Origin: Octopus sinensis
Lineage: Eukaryota
Direction of reading: 5' to 3'
DNA: 64,000 nucleotides
Assembly (NCBI RefSeq): GCF_006345805.1
Contig: NC_043005.1
Location: 50,468,001-50,532,000 of the forward strand
In this document: positions 1 to 14,462 of the stretch, one piece after another
How the letters are laid out: each line of letters opens with the position of its first letter
Numbering within the stretch: the first letter of the stretch is position 1
Translations under genes and position numbers: made by a program
The notes under the pieces: model-generated
The model's input: only the letters and a program-made list of their open reading frames with translations
The model's database searches: none
What the model was told of the DNA's origin: nothing

Positions 1-262
1 TGTCCATAATTCAAAACTAACGCAGCGAAAATTTTGAAAAGTTCTCCCAGTTCTGAAAAATCGATAAATTCGACGACATGGTTCGAGAATCAGAAGCCCA
101 ACCACAGACCGTCTAGGGTACGCAACTCCACCACCTTTTTAACTCTCAAAAAAATTTACCATCATTTTTTTTCCATTTTTTTGCTATTTTTTGGCTATAA
201 CCTCTCTAAATGCTTTATCGTTATTTCCTTACAAATCTGAGCAACGCCGGGCGATACTGCTA

Positions 263-263
<1 letters not shown>
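1..263 (+). mobile_element. Helitron-like 3' terminus
   Basis: Ends GAGCAACGCCGGGCGATACTGCTAG|T, i.e. a GC-rich subterminal motif then CTAG before T, entering (TA)n. The 5' part lies outside the window. Confidence 0.55.
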
Positions 264-304
<41 letters not shown>

Positions 305-426
305 ATATATATATATTATATATATATATATAACGGTAACCTTTATGAAAATAGACAAAAGACGAAGGCAGGTTTACGGAATAACAAAACGAAGAGGCAG
401 TGGAATACAAACAAACAATTGTATAA

Positions 427-461
<35 letters not shown>

Positions 462-1076
462 ATCCATTTATCAGTCCATGCATACATACATGCATAGACA
501 CATAGACACATGGATGTGCATATACACACACCTGCGTAAGTGTGTATATGTGTTTTCTTCTGGTTTTTTTTTTGTTTTGTTTTGTTTTTTTTTTAATTTA
601 AGTTCTTCCTCTGAGGAAAAATCTGGTTGCAAACAAAAACACAAAGCTCCCATCCTTGGAAATATAGATAACAAAAACAAAATATCACATTTTGAATTCG
701 AGAAAAATCTCACATAATCTTACTGTTCACGCACACACACACACATGATGTTTGAGATTAGAGATTTACGTGTGAAAATATTTGACACTTCCTACACAAA
801 ATACACACGTTCATTCTTAACTTTGCATTTTGACATGATTTCATTGTCATGATCCTCTTCACCATCACCATCATCATCATCATCATCAACAACAACAGCG
901 GCATGAACAGCCATTGCCACTGAGAACCGTAGTAACAATGGCGGCAGCCAAAGAAGCAGCCTCTTTCTGAACATCATTATGAAGATCATTTCCATTATTT
1001 GAGCAGGAGAAAGTAAAATGAGGTTATCGCAGAAGGTAATGTCTATGAATTGTTAGCTACAAAGATGAAACAGATG

Positions 1077-1113
<37 letters not shown>

Positions 1114-1686
1114 TACACACACGCACACACGTATGTATGTATGTATGTATGTATGTATGTATGTATGTATGTGCCCATCAATCTCGCTAATGACAAATTC
1201 ACACGAGCATATACACAGAAGTCATATATATGTGCTTGTGTGTGAGTGTGTGTGTGTTTGTGCGTGCCAGTGTGTACATGCAAATATATATATATATAAT
1301 ATATATATACATATATATATATACATAGATAGAACGTAGGCACACACAGAGAAAATGTTGATCTATCTATCTATCTATCTATCTGCCTATCTTTCTTTTT
1401 TCTTTCTCTCTCTCTTAAAAGACACACTCTCGCACATAACTAAGAAACAGAGTATCTTAACTCACACATACATACATACATACACACACACATCTATATA
1501 TATATAGATATATATGTTTATGTATATATATTTGTATATATATATATTTGTATATATATTTGTATATACTTTGATACTTTGATAGGTTTCGGCCATTATT
1601 GGCCCAGGCCATGTCTTTGTATATATATACATATATATTTGTGTATTTATATATATATTTGTATATACATATATATATATATATAT

Positions 1687-1739
<53 letters not shown>

Positions 1740-1776
1740 TATATGCATATGTATGCACATACTTACATACATACAT

Positions 1777-1817
<41 letters not shown>

Positions 1818-2117
1818 CAGTAGATAAATAGACATATTGTTAGGCCAAGTCGGTGACACATTCAATTCCATTTGTCATTTTAATTGAAAGATTTCTTCAT
1901 GAAATTTCCCTTGAAGCAATGGGAAAACGAAAAATATACATTAAAAATATTTAAATAAACGGAAAAAAGACAGCACAATAAAACGTAAATAAAAAATTTA
2001 TCAAAAATGTATACATACATACAAACATACATATATATATGTGTGCATATATATATATATATATATATGTAATTGCATCCATCTATACATATATATACAC
2101 ATACACACATCCATCCG

Positions 2118-2148
<31 letters not shown>

Positions 2149-2205
2149 TGTGTGTGTGTGTGGTGTGTGTGTGTGTGTGTGTTACTGCGTATGTGTGTGT
2201 GTATG

Positions 2206-2245
<40 letters not shown>

Positions 2246-3673
2246 TACACATATATATATATGTATATTTCTATACATATATATATACACATGTATGTAT
2301 CCAAATATATATTCATATATACAATATACATACATACATTCATACATACATACATATGCGCTTCCGTACATCTGTAACGAGAATTGAAATAGACGTCGTT
2401 TTCGGTTAAAGCGATCGAAATGGCGTTAAAATTGAATTTCTGAATCCCCAGTTTTCTTGTGACAAGAACCTTCTTGATTCAGGAAAGGATTTTTAATGAA
2501 GGAATTCTTGATTGATGTCGTTTGATTAGTTTCAAATCTTAAAACTTTTTCTTTTACTTTTTTTTATTTTCAATTTTTGTCTATATATTTTTTTGTAACA
2601 TATTTTGCTACTTTTCTCTCTTTTTGTATTTTTTTATTGTTATTTGAATTGATGAGTTCGTCTGGAAAATTGGACAAATTTGATCAAAATTACAAATATT
2701 CCTATTGGTGAAAATTGTGACCCTTCTTCACATCGTTATTCATGTTGTCGTCGTTGTCGTCGTTATCATCATCAATCACCACAATGATATTTTCCTCTTC
2801 TTTCCCTTCCTGCTTCTTCTACTCTTCCTTCTCCTTTTTCTTCTCGCTTCCTCTCCTCTTCCTTCTTTTCATCATCATCACCATCATCATCACCATCATC
2901 ATCATCATCGTCATCATCATCATCTATATCGTTATCTCCAGTATCAATAATATCATCACTATTATATATCACATTGCAACTGGCACACAACCAACACCAA
3001 TTGTGGCATTTCTTCCCGGCTCTTTACCTTCTGAGTTCAAATTGTGCCGAGTATGGCTTTGCTTTCTGTTCTCGCGTTGATAAATGGAGCCGATGAAGTT
3101 GACATGCCTCCTCCCCAACACTGCTGGACATTATTGCTGTTGCCGTTGTTGTCTCCTTCTTCCTCTTCTTCCAATAAAAAAACACGCCAGTTATTCACAA
3201 AGAATAATCTCTAATTCGAGCCTAATCTAAGCTACTAAGAATGCGTGTGGCAACTTGAGGATCCACCCACCAGATGCCATAAACTGGCGGTTGCACGGGT
3301 GCGAAAGCTACGTTGTTATCCTCATTCCGTAAACAGTGGCTTTTAACGGGTAGAGAGCTGAACCATCCTGGGGTACAGAGGATTCGCAATCTAGACTAGG
3401 GTCTGAAAGTTTACCACACCAAGGTGGGTTACACCATGGTTCCTCTGCTTTGTGGCAAAGTATGAAGAAAGAGTGAGAGAAATTTGTGGTGAAAGAGTAC
3501 AGCGGGGTTCACCACCCGCACCCCGTCGGAGCAGCGTGGGGCTTAGGTGTTTTTGCTCAATAAACACTCACAATGCCCGGTCTGGGAACCGAAACCGCGT
3601 TCTTACGACCGCGAGTCCGCTGCCCTAACCACTGGGCCATTGTGCCTTCACTGCCGCTGTTGTTATTATTATT

Positions 3674-3895
3674 AAGGCGGCGACCTGTCAGAATCGTTAG
3701 CACGCCGGAAGAAAATGCTAAGCGACATTTCGTTTGTCATTACGTTCTGAGTTCAAATTCCACCACGGACCACTTTGCCTTTCATCATTTCGGAGTCGAT
3801 TGAAATAAATACCAATTATGCACTGGGGTCGATGTGATCGACGAGCTCCCTTCACCCTAAATTTCAGACCCTGTGTCTATAGTAGGAAAGATTAT
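3674..3895 (+). mobile_element. SINE family A copy (further copies ~42539-42720 +, 61690-61885 -, 61930-62070 -, 17595-17700 -, 3030-3120 +)
   Basis: Same AGGCGGCGA.CTG.CAGAATCGTTAGCACGCCGG head and CTTTGCCTTTCATC..TCGG.GTCGAT core. Confidence 0.8.
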
Positions 3896-4585
3896 TATTG
3901 ATACTGTTATTTTCGATGCATATGGCAGCGTATATTCCGTAGGCGAGAAAAAAAAAAGCCGTGGTAACGCCGTCTTTAACTTGCCATGAGAGGTACATCC
4001 TATTTGATGTAACAGTGTGATCATTCTACCTGCGTGAAATAGAAACCACAAGGAGATGTACTAGACCAACGGCTTGAAGGTTATTGCGGGCAAGCAGAAT
4101 ATATGTACAATTAGACAACGTTATTCATATTATTTACATTGGACGGATATGTGTCCTCATCTTGTTACCACAACTTTTCGGCTGATATACTGCCATCAAC
4201 CGAAACGTTGTACCAACAACAAACAAGATGAGGACCCATATTCGTCCAATGTAAATAATGTAAATAAAGTACAGAATTCCTCATCTCTAGATAGAACAGA
4301 GTTAGACAATGATTGGACGTTAACTATAAAGAGAATTGCTATTGTGAGGCAACCGCCTCGTCGACCTTGATCGTTGCATCCTTGTACAACGCTTGCTACC
4401 TGGCGTGGAAACCCAAAGAGGCAGTCTGGGGTGGGGGTGGGAGAAGTTCGACGCCAACTGCCTTGTTCACCGTCCAAGGCTTTTGTTCAGATAAGTGGGA
4501 ACTCAAGAGCAGGCCTTGGATTCCACTTACGAATGTGGTAGAGATGATTACTGAACAAGAACGGTGAAAGGTCGACCTACGACGG

Positions 4586-4586
<1 letters not shown>

Positions 4587-4632
<46 letters not shown>

Positions 4633-5180
4633 AGAAGGAGAAGAAGAAGAAGAAGAAGAAAAACAAGAAGGAAAACAAAAAGAAACGAGAAGAAGAAGAA
4701 GAAGAAGAAGAAGAAGAAGAAGAAGAAAAACAAGAAGGAAAACAAAAAGAAACGAGAAGAAGAAGAAGAAGAAGAAGATGACAACAAGAAGAAAACAAGA
4801 GAAACAGAAGAAGAAGGAAGAAGAAGAAGCGCGGGAAGAAGAAAAAAGAAGGAAAACAAGAAGAGGAAACGAGAAGAAGACTAAGAAAAAGGAGAAAAAC
4901 AAGAAGAAAACAAAAAGAAACGAGAAGAAGAAGAAGAATAATAAGAAGAAGAAGAAATAAAACCAAGAAGGAAAACAAAAAGAAACGAGAAGAAGAAAAT
5001 AATAAGAAGGAAAACAAGAAGTAAAACACAAAATAACGAGAATAAGAAGAGAAGAAGAAGAAGTAAAAACAAGAATAAAACAAAAGAAACGAGAAGAGAC
5101 GAAGAATAAGAAAAACAGAAGAAAACAAAAAGAACGAGAAGAAGAAGAAGAAGAAGAAGAAGAAGAAGAAGAAGAAGAAA
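4587..5180. repeat. (CAG)n followed by a degenerate (AAG)n/A-rich minisatellite
   Basis: Seen directly. The recurring higher-order unit AAAACAAGAAGGAAAACAAAAAGAAACGAG is separated by (AAG)n. Confidence 0.95.
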
Positions 5181-5547
5181 CTACAGTCACATGAATCAAT
5201 AAGGAAATCTCATCATCGTCAGATCGCGTCCTATCATTATAGAAAAATGACTCTATGTCCTATGTGCAAGAAAGCTGGGAACATGGTGCCCTCGGTTCCT
5301 TACACGTCGAAATAAAATAAAGACAAGACGGTTATGCTTGCACTGCTCTCGGCCATGAAATGTTTGATTAGGCCTCTGCTTTGGGCTGATCAGCAACAAC
5401 AAACATATTCACTCCGAGGTCATCCACCATCACAAGAAATAAAGCCAAATTACTTTCAAGTAACGCAGGTAGGTATTTCCGAAAGCAAAAATGAAAGTGT
5501 AGGGCACACTGGAGAATATAGACCTAGATAACCAAACGTCAGAAGAA

Positions 5548-6018
<471 letters not shown>

Positions 6019-6507
6019 CTTGATTCTACTAAGTCACATGTCCGCGTGTAATTTCAAGGATGATACAAATAACTGGTGTCTACAGGTAACCGAACTCGCA
6101 TATCAGGTGAATTATTACAAGATTTCAGCATATTTTTCTCAGCAGCAAGTTATTATGGCTATTTTATACATATATAGATTATACAATAAAACAATAATAA
6201 AACTTAGCTTTCCTCCTTTTTTTTGCGTACAGTTTGTTTTGTGTACACATAATTTGCCGATGTTCACTCAGTCCGAGATATTTTCTTTTATTGATATGTA
6301 TCGGCATAATAATCGATTCATTTCTCCCCAATGAGGTTTTCAATACTCTTTGATATTCTTCAATTACCCGAGTTTCCTTATTTTTATACGACATGAAAAA
6401 GACTTTCAAACACACACACACACACACACACAAGCGATTTTAACGCATGTATAAACACCACTTACCTACCTACACATATGCGTACATTCATGATGTATGT
6501 ATGAATG

Positions 6508-6538
<31 letters not shown>

Positions 6539-6598
6539 CTATATTTTTTTTTAAATTTATTTTATCTAGTTTCAGCTCACGAGCTGTGGCCATGTATA

Positions 6599-6676
<78 letters not shown>

Positions 6677-7180
6677 ACATATGTAATGTATTATAATGTT
6701 GTGTATATATTTAAATACACACACACCACACACACATATATATCTTTTAGCTTTTACTTGTTTCAGTCATTAGACTGCGGTCATGCTGGGGCACTGCCTT
6801 GAATTTTTAGTTGAATGGATCGATCCCAGTACTTATTGTTTTTTAAGGCTAGTACTTATTCTATCGGGTTCTTTTGACGAACCGCTAGATAACGGGGATG
6901 CAAACACAGCAACACCGGTTGTCAAGCAGTGGTTCATCTCTGTAGGGCGAATGGGATGAGATATAAGAATATCGTCAAGATATTGGCCCGACACAGTGCG
7001 CATCCTTTCCTGATAACGACATAAATCTGTTAGTGATCGGTATGCAGATGTTTTAAGTGGTAGCACTTCTATTTGCAAGATTTTTGCAAATAATATACAG
7101 TAAATATAAATTATACAATCATATATATACACGTGTGTATCTGTTTAAATTATATATATATATGTAAATTACACACACAT

Positions 7181-7312
<132 letters not shown>

Positions 7313-7574
7313 TATTAATATAAGTGGAGGCGCAATGGCCCAGTGGTTAGGCAGCGAACTCGCGGTCGTAGGATTGCGGTTTCGATTCCCAGACCGGGCG
7401 AAAAACACCTAAAAGCTCCACGAGGCTCCGGCAGGTGGTGGTGATCCCTGCTGTACTCTTTCACCACACTTTCTCTCACTCTTTCTTCTGTTGGCCCGCT
7501 AAAACAATGCGAACGCATTGTGACCAGAGATGTGTAGCAACATCTGATGGTCTGGTCGGTCACGTGATCACATG

Positions 7575-7606
<32 letters not shown>

Positions 7607-8259
7607 ATAAAATACAAAATGGGACAAGAACGCAAAACATCTGGACAACTAGGTGATACAATAAGGAACAACAAATCATCCAGATAGACGATACAAAAAA
7701 CAAGGACGGGTCATTCGAAGCCTTTTATCTTCAGTCAAGAACCGGGTCATCCTCGCAATTTCGGCTGATTAATCTTGAGATTGCTCCAATCTGGCCTGTC
7801 CCAAGGAAAAACTAAGCTAAGAGCATTAGATTCCTTGGAAATAAGCATCAAATGTATACGAAAACAAGGACGGAAAAAGAGACGATGTTACACGAATATA
7901 AATACAAATGTATGTATGTATACATAATTCGTGGTATAATTCAACAAAGAGAACATTCCATCTGGCGAGAGTCAAATATTTATGTTAAATGACCACAATA
8001 CATAAATTCGGACGCAGCTAATAGTTTCACATGTCTGAAAATCTAAGCACCCTCTTCAGGCGCAGACCGCTCTTCGTGCTGAACTAAGAACTTTAAATAT
8101 GGCGTAGGATGTGAAAATACTTGAAAAAAAACGTGAGATAATGGTAGCATATAGAAAATTCTAACTTCTACCAGAAAACGAAACCAGGAGGCCTGATGTA
8201 AATGTAGATAATGTACGAAACGTATATTAAATGTAAATTGTGGCTGTGTAGTATGAAGC

Positions 8260-8300
8260 TTACTTCCCAACCACAAAGTTCCGGGTTCCGTCATATATAC

Positions 8301-8337
<37 letters not shown>

Positions 8338-8518
8338 TTCCCCACCATCGCTTCACAACCGATGTTAGTGTGTTTACGTCCCCCTAACTTAGCGGTAAGG
8401 CAAAGAGACGGATAAAATAAGTACTAGGCTTACTGAGAATAAGTCATGGGGCCGATTTGTTCGACTGCGGGCGGTGCTCCAGCATGGTCGCAGTCAAATG
8501 ACTGAATCAAGTAAAAGA
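8260..8518 (+). mobile_element. tRNA-headed SINE family B with internal (TA)/(TG) microsatellite (other copies ~6745-6930 -, 35230-35630 +, 36700-36850 +, 57475-57700 -, 58020-58135 +, 58990-59040 +, 59620-59830 +)
   Basis: Head TGGCTGTGT.GTA.GAAGCTT.CTTCCCAACCAC..GTTCCGGGTTC. Tail AAGTACTAGGCTTAC..GGTGCTCCAGCATGG.CGCAGTC.AATGACTGAA.CAAGTAAAAGA, shared among copies. Confidence 0.8.
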
Positions 8519-8531
8519 ATACATACATACA

Positions 8532-8562
<31 letters not shown>

Positions 8563-8566
<4 letters not shown>

Positions 8567-8928
8567 CCCACCCTCGCCTGCACTTCCCGCCTCCTCATCC
8601 GTGCCACCTTCCGTTCCACCCGCTCCCTCCTTCACTCTCTTGACCACTAACTTCCCCAGGCTTACCTCCTCCTCTGCCCTCCACTCTTCACCCAACCCAT
8701 TCTCTGCTTAAAAAAGTAAAAATGTGACCGCGTGTGTACCGTTGGCGATTTCTTTCCTCCGTCTTCCCTTCTCTGGATCATTCCTATATTTCTGATGAAG
8801 AGCTCCGCTCGAAACGTTAAATACTCCATCTTCCCTTCTTTCCTGAGCGTCCAATAATACTATATTTGTCACACGTCCTCGCGTTGTTGTGTTTTCTCTT
8901 TGTGTTTTTCATGCTTGGATTAAACTTT
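8563..8928 (+). mobile_element. PLE/retrozyme-like fragment with hammerhead, embedded in (TA)n (family 2, copy 1)
   Basis: Flanked by (TA)n on both sides. 8722-8928 is homologous to the reverse complement of 49805-50012. Contains a hammerhead core. Confidence 0.7.
8787..8823 (+). ncRNA. Minimal type I hammerhead ribozyme, family 2
   Basis: TATTT-CTGATGA-A-GAGC-tcc-GCTC-GAAA-CG-TT-AAATA. Stem I UAUUU/AAAUA, stem II GAGC/GCUC, palindromic ACGU stem III of the kind described for PLE minimal hammerheads. Confidence 0.8.
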
Positions 8929-8931
8929 ATA

Positions 8932-8988
<57 letters not shown>

Positions 8989-9049
8989 ATATATATATAT
9001 ATGTATATAATATATATATATATATACACACACACATACATATATATAT

Positions 9050-9094
<45 letters not shown>

Positions 9095-9114
9095 ATAATA
9101 TATATATATTTTTT

Positions 9115-9335
9115 TTTTTAAAGGCTGGTATCACTAGCTATTTCGTTTGACGTATAGAAGAGTAACGTAAATCCATGGTGTGTATATGCACCTGTTCAAT
9201 AGCCAAATGATACTTAATATATCTGTAGTTAAATAAATATTTAGATATCTTTTGTGTTTGTCTTGTGTGTGTATATCTGATCAAACCATTACAGGACTGA
9301 CTATTTTATTTTCTACGTTATTTTAGTATTATAAA

Positions 9336-9382
<47 letters not shown>

Positions 9383-9827
9383 CATACATAAAATTTTCTT
9401 TTTCATTTTACATATACATATATATTTATAAATATATATATATATATAGCACCAGGTGGTGCTATTAAGTTAGACATGGCCTGGGCCAATAATGGCCGAA
9501 ACCTATCAAAGTATCAAAGTATCAACGTATATATTATATATATATATATATAATATATATATATACAAAGAGATAGACAATGAAACAATGAGAGAGACAA
9601 ACTAAGATTGAGAAGTAATAAACATATATAGTTAACATAATGGGATTTTTTTAAAATCGAATACATTAATTGTAATTAATATTATTATAACTCTTCTGGC
9701 TTTTTTGGGAAATATTGGCATACATAGAAAATATTTTATCTTTTTATATATATACATACATTCATATATATATATATATTATAAATATATATGTATATGT
9801 AAAATGAAAAAGAAAATTTTATGTATG

Positions 9828-9868
<41 letters not shown>

Positions 9869-10035
9869 ATATATATATATACATATATATACGTTGATAC
9901 TTTGATACTTTGATAGTTTCGGCCATTATTGGCCCAGGCCATGTCTAACTTAATAGCACCACCTGGTGCTATATATTTAATGTAAAATAAAAATAAATTT
10001 ATGATGCCAATATATATATATATAATATATATATG

Positions 10036-10073
<38 letters not shown>

Positions 10074-10295
10074 TTTATAATACTAACATAGTAGTAGATA
10101 TAAATAGTCAGTCCTGTAATGGTTTGATCAGATACACACACACAAAGACAAACACAAAAGATATCTAAATATTATTTAAACTACAGATATATTAAGTATC
10201 ATTTGGCTATTGAAACAGGTGCATATACACACCATGGATTTAGGTTACTCTTCTATACGTCAAACGAAATATCTAGTGATACCAACCTTTAAAAA
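9115..10295. repeat. Long inverted repeat (~410-bp arms: 9115-9530 and 9890-10295)
   Basis: The arms are reverse complements with scattered indels, e.g. CATGGTGTGTATATGCACCTG / CAGGTGCATATACACACCATG. Confidence 0.9.
9448..9527 (+). mobile_element. Extreme 3' tip of a related CR1-group LINE (also at 1565-1616 minus and 9891-9970 minus)
   Basis: GGTGGTGCTATTAAGTTAGACATGGCCTGGGCCAATAATGGCCGAAAC followed by an (ATCAAAGT)n octamer tail, sitting in (TA)n. Confidence 0.7.
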
Positions 10296-10590
10296 TTTTA
10301 AAGTAGTGAGTTTTTATTTTAAATAATGAAACCTAATATTTTAGTATATAGAGATGGAGTCTTCGAAATTATCCAATGATACTTGTATGACGGCGAAATT
10401 CGAAGCTGTGTGTGTGGGTGTTGGTGTGTGTGCGTGTGTTGGTGTGTGTGTGTGCGTATGTGTGCGTGTGTGCGTACGTGTGTGTGTATGTGTGTGTGTG
10501 TGCATGTCTATATATAAATATAAATAAATAAATAAATATTTTATATGCATATATAGATGTATATATATTATGCATATATAATAATGAATG

Positions 10591-10629
<39 letters not shown>

Positions 10630-10694
10630 TAATAATAATAATAATAATAAATAAGGTTAAAATCATAAATGAGTTTTACCAAGTGGTAAGCAAG

Positions 10695-10745
<51 letters not shown>

Positions 10746-10755
10746 TAGATAGGTT

Positions 10756-11010
<255 letters not shown>

Positions 11011-11158
11011 TACACACTTCCATACATAAATGTATATATCATGACGGGAAATATATGTGTCTGCATAGATGAAGGCATACTAGTGTCCAAAAATATATAC
11101 AAAGCATATATACACATCTGTTCTTTCACTCAGCTACTCAGAATGAATAATTCACACA

Positions 11159-11203
<45 letters not shown>

Positions 11204-11580
11204 TCTCTCTCACACACACACACACACTCACATGTATATATACACTTACAGCTATAAACACAAGTATATACTCGCACACACAAACACACACACATGTACA
11301 CAGACATAGACACACACACACACACTCACACACACATATACAGTGACACAGTGTGTGTGTGTGCCGGTCTGTGTATATGTATGCATAGCTGGATAGATAT
11401 ACATATATTCATGCAAATTCGGGCATTAATTCACTCACACTTCTATAGAAACGTCCATCCTCTTTCCTCTCTCACACATACTTTACTCATATCCAAAATG
11501 CTGTCATCTGCTATTTCATATTTAATTCTACCGTCTTTGTCCACAGTTCTCTCCGTCTCTCCTCCTCTTCCTTCTCTCTC

Positions 11581-11611
<31 letters not shown>

Positions 11612-12399
11612 CTCACACTCACACACACTTTCTCTCTCACCTTCTTTCTCTTTGCTATTCTCACCTACTACACGCACTTGTTTGTATCGGCATCAGCCTG
11701 ATTGATTTGTTCGGCTGGCAGCCAACAAGCTGTTAAATGTTCGATCAAGCAACCTTTTCGTTAGCTGTACAAATAGTTCTCCTCCATTCAGTATCCATTT
11801 TTGGTCAGTTAAGTCGTTGTTTCACACGTTGTGTGTCTTTTCTTAACGGTGAGTTAGCAGTGTATGTGATACTGGAAATGTGAAAGTGAAAGTAGCTTGT
11901 GAACAAAATCATTGAACGCCGCAAGTGAGACAAGGCAGTTAAACTCTGGCCAATGAAGTTGAAAAGGAAGAAGAAAGTACTAATAGGTAGACATACATAT
12001 ACACACGCATGCTCATACACACATACACACAAACATACACACACACTTATAGGTAAGTATCTATCTCTCTAGCTATCTATCTGGCTAGATGGATGGATGG
12101 ATGGATGAATGGAGGGATAGTGGAAGGGCAGAGGGACAGACAGACAGATAGATAAACATATTGCTTTGCAATTGATCCATATATCTCAGGCTACGTAGAC
12201 AGATACGTTACATACATGCATATTTGCATGCTATTCTTTATAGCTTTACATCTGCTTCGAGACTCACTATTCAAAAAAAAAAAAAAAGAAAAAACTAATT
12301 CACATTCTTTCAAAAGTTTATAAATTCCTGTGTCAGCAATATATGCGTTTGTGTGTGTGTATGTATATGTACTAACATACATCGAACCCTCCATACATC

Positions 12400-13178
12400 C
12401 ATACATACATACATACATACATGCATGCATGCATACATACATACATACATACATACATACATACATACATACGTAATACATACATACATACATACATACA
12501 TGCATACATACATACATGCATACATACATACAAACATACATACATACATACATACATACATACATACATACATACATACATACATACATACGTAATACAT
12601 ACATACATACATACATACATGCATCTACATACATGCATATACATACATACATACATACATACATAATACATACATACATACATACATACATACATACATA
12701 CATAGACACATACATACATACATACATACATACATACATACATACACACATACATACATACATACATACATACATACATACAAACATACATACATACATG
12801 CATACATACATAATGCATACATATATACATACATACATACGTACGTACGTACGTACATACATACATACATACATACATACATACATACGTAATACATACA
12901 TACATACATACATACATGCATACATACATACATGCATACATACATACATACATACATACATACATACATACATACATCGTACATACATACATACGTAATA
13001 CATACATACATACTACATACGTAATACATACATACATACATACATGCATACATACATACATACATACACGTAATACATACATACATACATACATACATAC
13101 ATACATACATACATACATACATACATACATACAACACATACATACATACATACGTACATACATACATACATACATACA

Positions 13179-13208
<30 letters not shown>
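12400..13208. repeat. (TACA)n microsatellite, ~800 bp, imperfect
   Basis: Seen directly. Source of the MYVC/HTYI ORFs. Confidence 0.97.
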
Positions 13209-13209
<1 letters not shown>

Positions 13210-13420
13210 GTGTGTATGTTTCTGTGTGAGCATTTTATATAAAAAGAAAATAAAGGGGTAAAGTTGGAAACATAGGAAGTGACGTGTCGCACAAGTTTCT
13301 GTAGTGTATAAAAAAGAAGGAAGTGACGTAGAGGTTTTTAGTAATCACTGAAGCAGAGAGGAGCACTATTGAGACACACGTGCTTTGGTTGGTTGGTTTC
13401 ACTGAAGCGAAAGAAAGTGG

Positions 13421-13472
<52 letters not shown>

Positions 13473-13634
13473 TAAATAGATAGATAGATAGATAGATAGA
13501 GAGATAGATACAGACAGACATATATATGTGTGTGGTGTGTGTGTGTGTGTGTGCTTGTGTGTGCGCGCACTAAATTTCATGATTTTTAATGTGTCCATTT
13601 TTTAATTACACCTTGATGCGTGATGTACAGTCAA

Positions 13635-14462
13635 CGGTAAGCTGGCAGAAACGTTAGCACGCCGGGCGAAATGCGTGAGCCGTATTTCGTCTGTCGTTAC
13701 GTTCTGAGTTCAAATTCCGCCGAGGTCGACTTTGCCTTTCATCCTTTTGAGGTCGATAAATTAAGTACCAGTTATGCACTGGGGTAAATGCAATCGATTT
13801 AATCCCTTTGTCTGTCCTTGTTTGTTCTCTCTGTGTTTAGCTCCTTGTAGGTAGTAAAGAAATGGGTATTTCGCCAATCGCTACGTTCTGAGTTCAAATT
13901 CCGCTGATGTCGACTTCACCTTTCATCCTTTTGGGGTCGATAAAATGAGTACCAGTGAAATACTGGGGTCGATGTGATCCACCAATTCCGCACGCAAATT
14001 TCAGGTCTTGTGCGTAGAACGCACTGGGGTCGATGTAATCGACTTAATACCTATGTCTGTCTTTGTTGTCCCCTCTACACTACCGTCAAAATTAATTAGC
14101 ACCCTGATTTGCTCTTCACTCAAGGTATGTGCTGTCACTAGTGGCCATATCTCGACTATTGCTTTGTTGCGTTCACTGTTGCGCAGAACGATGACGTAAC
14201 TTTGTTTGCAGAGCAGTTTGAGAGTCTACAGCCTTATGATGTTGACATAGCAGTGCAACAACAACTTGGAGTGCGGATCAGACAAATCTTCCTTGTTTAA
14301 TAGATATAAGTCGCCTCCAAGACCGAATCACACCATACTAAGTTTTCTCATCGCGTAAAACGTTTTGAACAGCTCATAGGTTAATTGATTTACCTATTTA
14401 TGTAGAAATTTAGAAGTGCTAATTAATTTCTGACGCCCCTTGTGGGTAATAAAGAAATAGGT
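13635..14462 (+). mobile_element. SINE family A composite (templated duplication and MITE insertion)
   Basis: Head at 13635. 13751-14021 matches 22130-22400. The body resumes at 14021 and the tail lies at 14436-14460. Confidence 0.8.
14078..14435. mobile_element. Tc1-like MITE/deletion derivative inserted in a SINE
   Basis: TA then CACTACCGTCAAAATTAATTAGCAC ... GTGCTAATTAATTTCTGACG (inverted). The SINE tail CCCCTTGTGGGTAATAAAGAAAT resumes immediately afterwards. Confidence 0.7.

Noticed and set aside
4396-5199. 267-aa hydrophobic ORF and Lys/Arg-rich ORFs
   Set aside because: They are translations of (CAG)n/(AAG)n low-complexity DNA.
9476-9505. GGCCA-ataa-TGGCC-GAAAC resembling hammerhead stem II plus GAAA
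   Set aside because: There is no CUGANGA upstream. It is the 3' stem-loop of the CR1-group LINE.
12191-13292. Long ORFs of 200-306 aa (MYVC/HTYI repeats)
   Set aside because: They are translations of (TACA)n, which lacks stops in several frames.
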